Below are positions 1-11,400 of a stretch of DNA of 64,000 nt, piece by piece (position 1 is the stretch's first letter; every line of letters starts with the position of its first letter). The position numbers were made by a program, and so were the translations under genes. The DNA is from Balanoglossus misakiensis (Eukaryota; Animalia; Hemichordata): the NCBI GenBank assembly GCA_040954595.2, contig CM082578.2:17367912-17431911 (forward strand). The letters run 5' to 3'. A model generated the notes under the pieces. The model was not told the origin of the DNA. It made no database searches and worked only from the letters and a program-made list of their open reading frames with translations.

Positions 1-3000
1 ATTGACATTTCTGGATGATTTTCATGAGCTATAACCCATGGTTTTTTGTTCGAAAACCACCAAATTTTGAAATTTCGCGAAGTCGAAAAATTGACATTTC
101 TGGATGATTTTCATGTAGCTATAACCCATGGTTTTTGTCGAAAAACCACCAAATTTTGAATTTCGCGAAGTCGAAATTGACATTTCTGGATGATTTTCAT
201 GAGCTATAACCCATGGTTTTTGTCGAAAAACCACCAAATTTTGAAATTTCGCGAAGTCGAAAAATTGACATTTCTGGATGATTTCATGAGCTATAACCCA
301 TGGTTTTTGTCGAAAAACCACCAAAATTTGATTTCGCGAAGTCCGAAAAATTTGACATTTCTGGATGATTTTCATGAGCTATAACCCATGGTTTTTGTCG
401 AAAAACCACCAAATTTTGAAATTTCGCGAAGTCGAAAATTGACATTTCTGGATGATTTTCATGAGCTATAACCCATGGTTTTTGTCGAAAAACCACCAAA
501 TTTTGAAATTTCGCGAAGTCGAAAAATTTGACATTTCTGGATGATTTTCATGAGCTATAACCCATGGTTTTTGTCGAAAAACACCAAATTTTGAAATTTC
601 GCGAAGTCGAAAAATTGACATTTCTGGATGATTTTCATGAGCTATAACCCATGGTTTTTGTCGAAAAACCACCAAATTTTGAAATTTCGCGAAGTCGAAA
701 AATTGACATTTCTGGATGATTTTCATGAGCTATAACCATGGTTTTTTGTCGAAAAACCACCAAATTTTGAAATTTCGCGAAGTCGAAAATTGACATTTCT
801 GGATGATTTTCATGAGCTATAACCCATGGTTTTTGTCGAAAAACCACCAATTTGAAATTTCGCGAAGTCGAAAAATTGACATTTCTGGATGATTTTCATG
901 AGCTATAACCATGGTTTTTGTCGAAAAACCACCAAATTTTGAAATTTCGCGAAGTCGAAAAATTGACATTTCTGGATGATTTTCATGAGCTATAACCCAT
1001 GGTTTTGTCGAAAAACCACCAAATTTTGAAATTTCGCGAAGTCGAAAATTGACATTTCTGGATGATTTTCATGAGCTATAACCCATGGTTTTTGTCGAAA
1101 AACCACCAAATTTTGAAATTTCGCGAAGTCGAAAATTGACATTTCTGGATGATTTTCATGAGCTATAACCCATGGTTTTTGTCGAAAAACCACCAAATTT
1201 TGAAATTTCGCGAAGTCGAAAAATTGACATTTCTGGATGATTTTCATGAGCTATAACCCATGGTTTTTGTCGAAAAACCACCAAATTTTGAAATTTCGCG
1301 AAGTCGAAAAATTGACATTTCTGGATGATTTTCATGAGCTATAACCCATGGTTTTTGTCGAAAAACCACCAAATTTTGAAATTTCGCGAAGTCGAAAAAT
1401 TGACATTTCTGGATGATTTTCATGAGCTATAACCCATGGTTTTTGTCGAAAAACCACCAAATTTTGAAATTTCGCGAAGTCGAAAAATTGACATTTCTGG
1501 ATGATTTTCATGAGCTATAACCCATGGTTTTTGTCGAAAAACCACCAAATTTTGAAATTTCGCGAAGTCGAAAAATTGACATTTCTGGATGATTTTCATG
1601 AGCTATAACCCATGGTTTTTGTCGAAAAACCACCAAATTTTGAAATTTCGCGAAGTCGAAAAATTGACATTTCTGGATGATTTTCATGAGCTATAACCCA
1701 TGGTTTTTGTCGAAAAACCCACCAAATTTTGAAATTTCGCGAAGTCGAAAAATTGACATTTCTGGATGATTTTCATGAGCTATAACCCATGGTTTTTGTC
1801 GAAAAACCACCAAATTTTGAAATTTCGCGAAGTCGAAAAATTGACATTTCTGGATGATTTTCATGAGCTATAACCCATGGTTTTTGTCGAAAAACCACCA
1901 AATTTTGAAATTTCGCGAAGTCGAAAAATTGACATTTCTGGATGATTTTCATGAGCTATAACCCATGGTTTTTGTCGAAAAACCACCAAATTTTGAAATT
2001 TCGCGAAGTCGAAAAATTGACATTTCTGGATGATTTTCATGAGCTATAACCCATGGTTTTTGTCGAAAAACCACCAAATTTTGAAATTTTCGCGAAGTCG
2101 AAAAATTGACATTTCTGGATGATTTTCATGAGCTATAACCCATGGTTTTTGTCGAAAAACCACCAAATTTTGAAATTTCGCGAAGTCGAAAAATTGACAT
2201 TTCTGGATGATTTTCATGAGCTATAACCCATGGTTTTTGTCGAAAAACCACCAAATTTTGAAATTTCGCGAAGTCGAAAATTTGACATTTCTGGATGATT
2301 TTCATGAGCTATAACCCATGGTTTTTGTCGAAAAACCACCAAATTTTGAAATTTCGCGAAGTCGAAAAATTGACATTTCTGGATGATTTTCATGAGCTAT
2401 AACCCATGGTTTTTGTCGAAAAACCACCAAATTTTGAAATTTCGCGAAGTCGAAAAATTGACATTTCTGGATGATTTTCATGAGCTATAACCCATGGTTT
2501 TTGTCGAAAAACCACCAAATTTTGAAATTTCGCGAAGTCGAAAAATTGACATTTCTGGATGATTTTCATGAGCTATAACCCATGGTTTTTGTCGAAAAAC
2601 CACCAAATTTTGAAATTTCGCGAAGTCGAAAAATTGACATTTCTGGATGATTTTCATGAGCTATAACCCATGGTTTTTGTCGAAAAACCACCAAATTTTG
2701 AAATTTCGCGAAGTCCAAAAAATTGACATTTCTGGATGATTTTCATGAGCTATAACCCATGGTTTTTGTCGAAAAACCACCAAATTTTGAAATTTCGCGA
2801 AGTCGAAAAATTGACATTTCTGGATGATTTTCATGAGCTATAACCCATGGTTTTTGTCGAAAAACCACCAAATTTTGAAATTTCGCGAAGTCGAAAAATT
2901 GACATTTCTGGATGATTTTCATGAGCTATAACCCATGGTTTTTGTCGAAAAACCACCAAATTTTGAAATTTCGCGAAGTCGAAAAATTGACATTTCTGGA

Positions 3001-5446
3001 TGATTTTCATGAGCTATAACCCATGGTTTTTGTCGAAAAACCACCAAATTTTGAAATTTCGCGAAGTCGAAAAATTGACATTTCTGGATGATTTTCATGA
3101 GCTATAGCCCATGGTTTTTGTCGAAAAACCACCAAATTTTGAAATTTCGCGAAGTCGAAAAATTGACATTTCTGGATGATTTTCATGAGCTATAACCCAT
3201 GGTTTTTGTCGAAAAACCACCAAATTTTGAAATTTCGCGAAGTCGAAAAATTGACATTTCTGGATGATTTTCATGAGCTATAACCCATGGTTTTTGTCGA
3301 AAAACCACCAAATTTTGAAATTTCGCGAAGTCGAAAAATTGACATTTCTGGATGATTTTCATGAGCTATAACCCATGGTTTTTGTCGAAAAACCACCAAA
3401 TTTTGAAATTTCGCGAAGTCGAAAAATTGACATTTCTGGATGATTTTCATGAGCTATAACCCATGGTTTTTGTCGAAAAACCACCAAATTTTGAAATTTC
3501 GCGAAGTCGAAAAATTGACATTTCTGGATGATTTTCATGAGCTATAACCCATGGTTTTTGTCGAAAAACCACCAAATTTTGAAATTTCGCGAAGTCGAAA
3601 AATTGACATTTCTGGATGATTTTCATGAGCTATAACCCATGGTTTTTGTCGAAAAACCACCAAATTTTGAAATTTCGCGAAGTCGAAAAATTAACATTTC
3701 TGGATGATTTTCATGAGCTATAACCCATGGTTTTTGTCGAAAAACCACCAAATTTTGAAATTTCGCGAAGTCGAAAAATTGACATTTCTGGATGATTTTC
3801 ATGAGCTATAACCCATGGTTTTTGTCGAAAAACCACCAAATTTTGAAATTTCGCGAAGTCGAAAAATTGACATTTCTGGATAATTTTCATGAGCTATAAC
3901 CCATGGTTTTTGTCGAAAAACCACCAAATTTTGAAATTTCGCGAAGTCGAAAAATTGACATTTCTGGATGATTTTCATGAGCTATAACCCATGGTTTTTG
4001 TCGAAAAACCACCAAATTTTGAAATTTTGCGAAGTCGAAAAATTGACATTTCTGGATGATTTTCATGAGCTATAACCCATGGTTTTTGTCGAAAAACCAC
4101 CAAATTTTGAAATTTCGCGAAGTCGAAAAATTGACATTTCTGGATGATTTTCATGAGCTATAACCCATGGTTTTTGTCGAAAAACCACCAAATTTTGAAA
4201 TTTCGCGAAGTCGAAAATTGACATTTCTGGATGATTTTCATGAGCTATAACCCATGGTTTTTGTCGAAAAACCACCAAATTTTGAAATTTTGCGAAGTCG
4301 AAAAATTGACATTTCTGGAGGATTTTCATGAGCTATAGCCCATGGTTTTTGTCGAAAAACCACCAAATTTTGAAATTTCGCGAAGTCGAAAAATTGACAT
4401 TTCTGGATGATTTTCATGAGCTATAACCCATGGTTTTTGTCGAAAAACCACCAAATTTTGAAATTTCGCGAAGTCGAAAAATTGACATTTCTGGATGATT
4501 TTCATGAGCTATAACCCATGGTTTTTGTCGAAAAACCACCAAATTTTGAAATTTCGCGAAGTCGAAAAATTGACATTTCTGGATGATTTTCATGAGCTAT
4601 AACCCATGTTTTTGTCGAAAAACCACCAAATTTTGAAATTTCGCGAAGTCGAAAAATTGACATTTCTGGATAATTTTCATGAGCTATAACCCATGGTTTT
4701 TGTCGAAAAACCACCAAATTTTGAAATTTCGCGAAGTCGAAAAATTGACATTTCTGGATGATTTTCATGAGCTATAACCCATGGTTTTTGTCGAAAAACC
4801 ACCAAATTTTGAAATTTTGCGAAGTCGAAAAATTGACATTTCTGGATGATTTTCATGAGCTATAACCCATGGTTTTTGTCGAAAAACCACCAAATTTTGA
4901 AATTTCGCGAAGTCGAAAAATTGACATTTCTGGATGATTTTCATGAGCTATAACCCATGGTTTTTGTCGAAAACCACCAAATTTTGAAATTTCGCGAAGT
5001 CGAAAAATTGACATTTCTGGATGATTTTCATGAGCTATAACCCATGGTTTTTGTCGAAAAACCACCAAATTTTGAAATTTCCTGAAGTCGAAAAATTGAC
5101 ATTTCTGGAGGATTTTCATGAGCTATAGCCCATGGTTTTTGTCGAAAAACCACCAAATTTTGAAATTTCGCGAAGTCGAAAAATTGACATTTCTGGATGA
5201 TTTTCATGAGCTATAACCCATGGTTTTTGTCGAAAAACCACCAAATTTTGAAATTTCGCGAAGTCGAAAAATTGACATTTCTGGATGATTTTCATGAGCT
5301 ATAACCCATGGTTTTTGTCGAAAAACCACCAAATTTTGAAATTTCGCGAAGTCGAAAAATTGACATTTCTGGATGGTTTTCATGAGCTATAGCCCATGGT
5401 TTTTGTCGAAAACCACCAAATTTTGAAATTTCGCGAAGTCGAAAAA
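1..5446 (-). repeat. Satellite array, subfamily A (88-bp monomer), inverted orientation, ~62 copies, open at window start
   Basis: Tandem copies of the reverse complement of CCATGGGTTATAGCTCATGAAAATCATCCAGAAATGTCAATTTTTCGACTTCGCGAAATTTCAAAATTTGGTGGTTTTTCGACAAAAA. Near-identical; many homopolymer indels in the first ~1.2 kb. Confidence 0.98.
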
Positions 5447-5486
5447 TCGTCGATTTTTCGCGATTTTCCTGAGCTATAACCCATGG

Positions 5487-8400
5487 TTTTTCGACTTTGC
5501 GAATTTTCAAAATTTGGTCATTTTTTGAAAAAACCATGGGTTATAGCTCAGGAAAATCGCGAAAAATCGACGATTTTTCGACTTTGCGAATTTTCAAAAT
5601 TTGGTCATTTTTTGAAAAAACCATGGGTTATAGCTCAGGAAAATCGCGAAAAATCGACGATTTTTCGACTTTGCGAATTTTCAAAATTTGGTCATTTTTT
5701 TAAAAAAACATGGGTTATAGCTCAGGAAAATCGCGAAAAATCGACGATTTTTCGACTTTGCGAATTTTCAAAATTTGGTCATTTTTTGAAAAAACCATGG
5801 GTTATAGCTCAGGAAAATCGCGAAAAACCGACGATTTTTCGACTTTGCGAATTTTCAAAATTTGGTCATTTTTTGAAAAAACCATGGGTTATAGCTTAGG
5901 AAAATCGCGAAAAATCGACGATTTTTCGACTTTGCGAATTTTCAAAATTTGGACATTTTTTGAAAAAACCATGGGTTATAGCTCAGGAAAATCGCGAAAA
6001 ATCGACGATTTTTCGACTTTGCGAATTTTCAAAATTTGGTCATTTTTTGAAAAAACCATGGGTTATAGCTCAGGAAAATCGCGAAAAATCGACGATTTTT
6101 CGACTTTGCGAATTTTCAAAATTTGGTCATTTTTTTAAAAAAACATGGGTTATAGCTCAGGAAAATCGCGAAAAATCGACGATTTTTCGACTTTGCGAAT
6201 TTTCAAAATTTGGTCATTTTTTGAAAAAACCATGGGTTATAGCTCAGGAAAATCGCGAAAAATCGACGATTTTTCGACTTTGCGAATTTTCAAAATTTGG
6301 TCATTTTTTGAAAAAACCATGGGTTATAGCTCAGGAAAATCGCGAAAAACCGACGATTTTTCGACTTTGCGAATTTTCAAAATTTGGTCATTTTTTGAAA
6401 AAACCATGGGTTATAGCTCAGGAAAATCGCGAAAAACCGACGATTTTTCGACTTTGCGAATTTTCAAAATTTGGTCATTTTTTGAAAAAACCATGGGTTA
6501 TAGCTCAGGAAAATCGCGAAAAATCGACGATTTTTCGACTTTGCGAATTTTCAAAATTTGGTCATTTTTTGAAAAAACCATGGGTTATAGCTCAGGAAAA
6601 TCGCGAAAAATCGACGATTTTTCGACTTTGCGAATTTTCAAAATTTGGTCATTTTTTGAAAAAACCATGGGTTATAGCTCAGGAAAACCGCGAAAAACCG
6701 ACGATTTTCGAATTTGCGAATTTTCAAAATTTGGTCATTTTTTGAAAAAACCATGGGTTATAGCTCAGGAAAATCGCGAAAATCGACGATTTTTCGACTT
6801 AGCGAATTTTCAAAATTTGGTCATTTTTTGAAAAAACCATGGGTTATAGCTCAGGAAAATCGCGAAAAACCGACGATTTTTCGACTTTGCGAATTTTCAA
6901 AATTTGGTCATTTTTTGAAAAAACCATGGGTTATAGCTCAGGAAAATCGCGAAAAATCGACGATTTTTCGACTTTGCGAATTTTCAAAATTTGGTCATTT
7001 TTTGAAAAAACCATGGGTTATAGCTCAGGAAAATCGCGAAAAACCGACGATTTTTCGACTTTGCGAATTTTCAAAATTTGGTCATTTTTTGAAAAAACCA
7101 TGGGTTATAGCTCAGGAAAATCGCGAAAAATCGACGATTTTTCGACTTTGCGAATTTTCAAAATTTGGTCATTTTTTGAAAAAACCATGGGTTATAGCTC
7201 AGGAAAATCGCGAAAAACCGACGATTTTTCGACTTTGCGAATTTTCAAAATTTGGTCATTTTTTGAAAAAACCATGGGTTATAGCTCAGGAAAATCGCGA
7301 AAAATCGACGATTTTTCGACTTTGCGAATTTTCAAAATTAGGTCATTTTTTGAAAAAACCATGGGTTATAGCTCAGGAAAATCGCGAAAAACCGACGATT
7401 TTTCGACTTTGCGAATTTTCAAAATTTGGTCATTTTTTGAAAAAACCATGGGTTATAGCTCAGGAAAATCGCGAAAAATCGACGATTTTTCGACTTTGCG
7501 AATTTTCAAAATTTCGTCATTTTTTGAAAAAACCATGGGTTATAGCTCAGGAAAATCGCGAAAAATCGACGATTTTCGACTTTGCGAATTTTCAAAATTT
7601 CGTCATTTTTTGAAAAAACCATGGGTTATGGCTCAGGAAAATCGCGAAAAATCGACGATTTTTCGACTTTGCGAATTTTCAAAATTTGGTCATTTTTTGA
7701 AAAAACCATGGGTTATAGCTCAGGAAAATCGCGAAAAATCGACGATTTTTCGACTTTGCGAATTTTCAAAATTTGGTCATTTTTTGAAAAAACCATGGGT
7801 TATAGCTCAGGAAAATCGCGAAAAACCGACGATTTTTCGACTTTGCGAATTTTCAAAATTTGGTCATTTTTTGAAAAAACCATGGGTTATAGCTCAGGAA
7901 AATCGCGAAAAATCGACGATTTTTCGACTTTGCGAATTTTCAAAATTTGGTCATTTTTTGAAAAAACCATGGGTTATAGCTCAGGAAAATCGCGAAAAAT
8001 CGACGATTTTTCGACTTTGCGAATTTTCAAAATTTGGTCATTTTTTTAAAAAAACATGGGTTATAGCTCAGGAAAATCGCGAAAAATCGACGATTTTTCG
8101 ACTTTGCGAATTTTCAAATTTGGTCATTTTTTGAAAAAACCATGGGTTATAGCTCAGGAAAATCGCGAAAAACCGACGATTTTTCGACTTTGCGAATTTT
8201 CAAAATTTGGTCATTTTTTGAAAAAACCATGGGTTATAGCTCAGGAAAATCGCGAAAAATCGACGATTTTTCGACTTTGCGAATTTTCAAAATTTGGACA
8301 TTTTTTGAAAAAACCATGGGTTATAGCTCAGGAAAATCGCGAAAAATCGACGATTTTTCGACTTTGCGAATTTTCAAAATTTGGTCATTTTTTGAAAAAA

Positions 8401-11400
8401 CCATGGGTTATAGCTCAGGAAAATCGCGAAAAATCGACGATTTTTTGACTTTGCGAATTTTCAAAAAAATCGCGAAAAATCGACGATTTTTTGACTTTGC
8501 GAATTTTCAAAATTTCGTCATTTTTTGAAAAAACCATGGGATTTTGAAAAAACCATGGGTTATAGCTCGTGAGAGTAAATCGCGAAAAATCGACGATTTT
8601 TTGACTTTGCGAATTTTCAAAATTTGGTCATTTTTTGAAAAAACCATGGGTTATAGCTCAGGAAAATCGCGAAAAATCGACGATATTTCGACTTTGCGAA
8701 TTTTCAAAATTTGGTCATTTTTTGAAAAAACCATGGGTTATAGAGTACACATCTCGTGAGAGAAAATCGCGAAAAACCGACGATTTTTCGACTTTGCGAA
8801 TTTTCAAAATTTGGTCATTTTTTGAAAAAACCATGGGTTATAGCTCAGGAAAATCGCGAAAAATCGACGATTTTTCGACTTTGCGAATTTTCAAAATTTG
8901 GTCATTTTTTGAAAAAACCATGGGTTATAGCTCAGGAAAATCGCGAAAAATCGACGATTTTTCGACTTTGCGAATTTTCAAAATTTGGTCATTTTTTTGA
9001 AAAAACCCATGGGTTATAGCTCAGGAAAATCGCGAAAAATCGACGATTTTTCGACTTTGCGAATTTTCAAAATTTGGTCATTTTTTGAAAAAACCATGGG
9101 TTATAGCTCAGGAAAATCGCGAAAAACCGACGATTTTTCGACTTTGCGAATTTTCAAAATTTGGTCATTTTTTGAAAAAACCATGGGTTATAGCTCAGGA
9201 AAATCGCGAAAAATCGACGATTTTTCGACTTTGCGAATTTTCAAAATTTGGTCATTTTTTGAAAAAACCATGGGTTATAGCTCAGGAAAATCGCGAAAAA
9301 TCGACGATTTTTTCGACTTTGCGAATTTTCAAAATTTGGTCATTTTTTTGAAAAAACCATGGGTTATAGCTCAGGAAAATCGCGAAAAATCGACGATTTT
9401 TCGACTTTGCGAATTTTCAAAATTTGGTCATTTTTTGAAAAAACCATGGGTTATAGCTCAGGAAAATCGCGAAAAATCGACGATTTTTCGACTTTGCGAA
9501 TTTTCAAAATTTGGTCATTTTTTGAAAAAACCATGGGTTATAGCTCAGGAAAATCGCGAAAATCGACGATTTTTCGACTTTGCGAATTTTCAAAATTTGG
9601 TCATTTTTTGAAAAAACATGGGTTATAGCTCAGGAAAATCGCGAAAAACCGACGATTTTTCGACTTTGCGAATTTTCAAAATTTGGTCATTTTTTGAAAA
9701 AACCATGGGTTATAGCTCAGGAAAATCGCGAAAAATCGACGATATTTCGACTTTGCGAATTTTCAAAATTTGGTCATTTTTTGAAAAAACCATGGGTTAT
9801 AGCTCAGGAAAATCGCGAAAAACCGACGATTTTTCGACTTTGCGAATTTTCAAAATTTAGTCATTTTTTGAAAAAACCATGGGTTATAGCTCAGGAAAAT
9901 CGCGAAAAATCGACGATTTTTCGACTTTGCGAATTTTCAAAATTTGGTCATTTTTTGAAAAAACCATGGGTTATAGCTCAGGAAAATCGCGAAAAATCGA
10001 CGATTTTTCGACTTTGCGAATTTTCAAAATTTGGTCATTTTTTTAAAAAAACATGGGTTATAGCTCAGGAAAATCGCGAAAAATCGACGATTTTTCGACT
10101 TTGCGAATTTTCAAAATTTGGTCATTTTTTGAAAAAACCATGGGTTATAGCTCAGGAAAATCGCGAAAAACCGACGATTTTTCGACTTTGCGAATTTTCA
10201 AAATTTGGTCATTTTTTGAAAAAACCATGGGTTATAGCTCAGGAAAATCGCGAAAAATCGACGATTTTTCGACTTTGCGAATTTTCAAAATTTGGTCATT
10301 TTTTGAAAAAACCATGGGTTATAGCTCAGGAAAATCGCGAAAAATCGACGATTTTTTGACTTTGCGAATTTTCAAAATTTCGTCATTTTTTGAAAAAACC
10401 ATGGGTTATAGCTCAGGAAAATCGCGAAAAATCGACGATATTTCGACTTTGCGAATTTTCAAAATTTGGTCATTTTTTGAAAAAACCATGGGTTATAGCT
10501 CAGGAAAATCGCGAAAAACCGACGATTTTTCGACTTTGCGAATTTTCAAAATTTGGTCATTTTTTGAAAAAACCATGGGTTATAGCTCAGGAAAATCGCG
10601 AAAAATCGACGATTTTTAGACTTTGCGAATTTTCAAAATTTGGTCATTTTTGAAAAAACCATGGGTTATAGCTCAGGAAAATCGCGAAAAATCGACGATT
10701 TTTCGACTTTGCGAATTTTCAAAATTTGGTCATTTTTTGAAAAAACCATGGGTTATAGCTCAGGAAAATCGCGAAAAACCGACGATTTTTCGACTTTGCG
10801 AATTTTCAAAATTTGGTCATTTTTTGAAAAAACCATGGGTTATAGCTCAGGAAAATCGCGAAAAATCGACGATATTTCGACTTTGCGAATTTTCAAAATT
10901 TGGTCATTTTTTGAAAAAACCATGGGTTATAGCTCAGGAAAATCGCGAAAAACCGACGATTTTTCGACTTTGCGAATTTTCAAAATTTGGTCATTTTTTG
11001 AAAAAACAATGGGTTATAGCTCAGGAAAATCGCGAAAAATCGACGATTTTTCGACTTTGCGAATTTTCAAAATTTGGTCATTTTTTGAAAAAACCATGGG
11101 TTATAGCTCAGGAAAATCGCGAAAAATCGACGATTTTTCGACTTTGCGAATTTTCAAAATTTGGTCATTTTTTGAAAAAACCATGGGTTATAGCTCAGGA
11201 AAATCGCGAAAAACCGACGATTTTTCGACTTTGCGAATTTTCAAAATTTGGTCATTTTTTGAAAAAACCATGGGTTATAGCTCAGGAAAATCGCGAAAAA
11301 TCGACGATTTTTCGACTTTGCGAATTTTCAAAATTTGGTCATTTTTTGAAAAAACCATGGGTTATAGCTCAGGAAAATCGCGAAAAATCGACGATTTTTC

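Noticed and set aside
1-1200. Apparently more diverged monomers at the window start
   Set aside because: Differences are almost all 1-bp homopolymer indels, typical of low-coverage consensus error rather than real divergence.
8566-8762. Novel inserted spacers or transposon footprints in the satellite
   Set aside because: The sequence matches a sequencing barcode/primer end, so it is better explained as an artefact.
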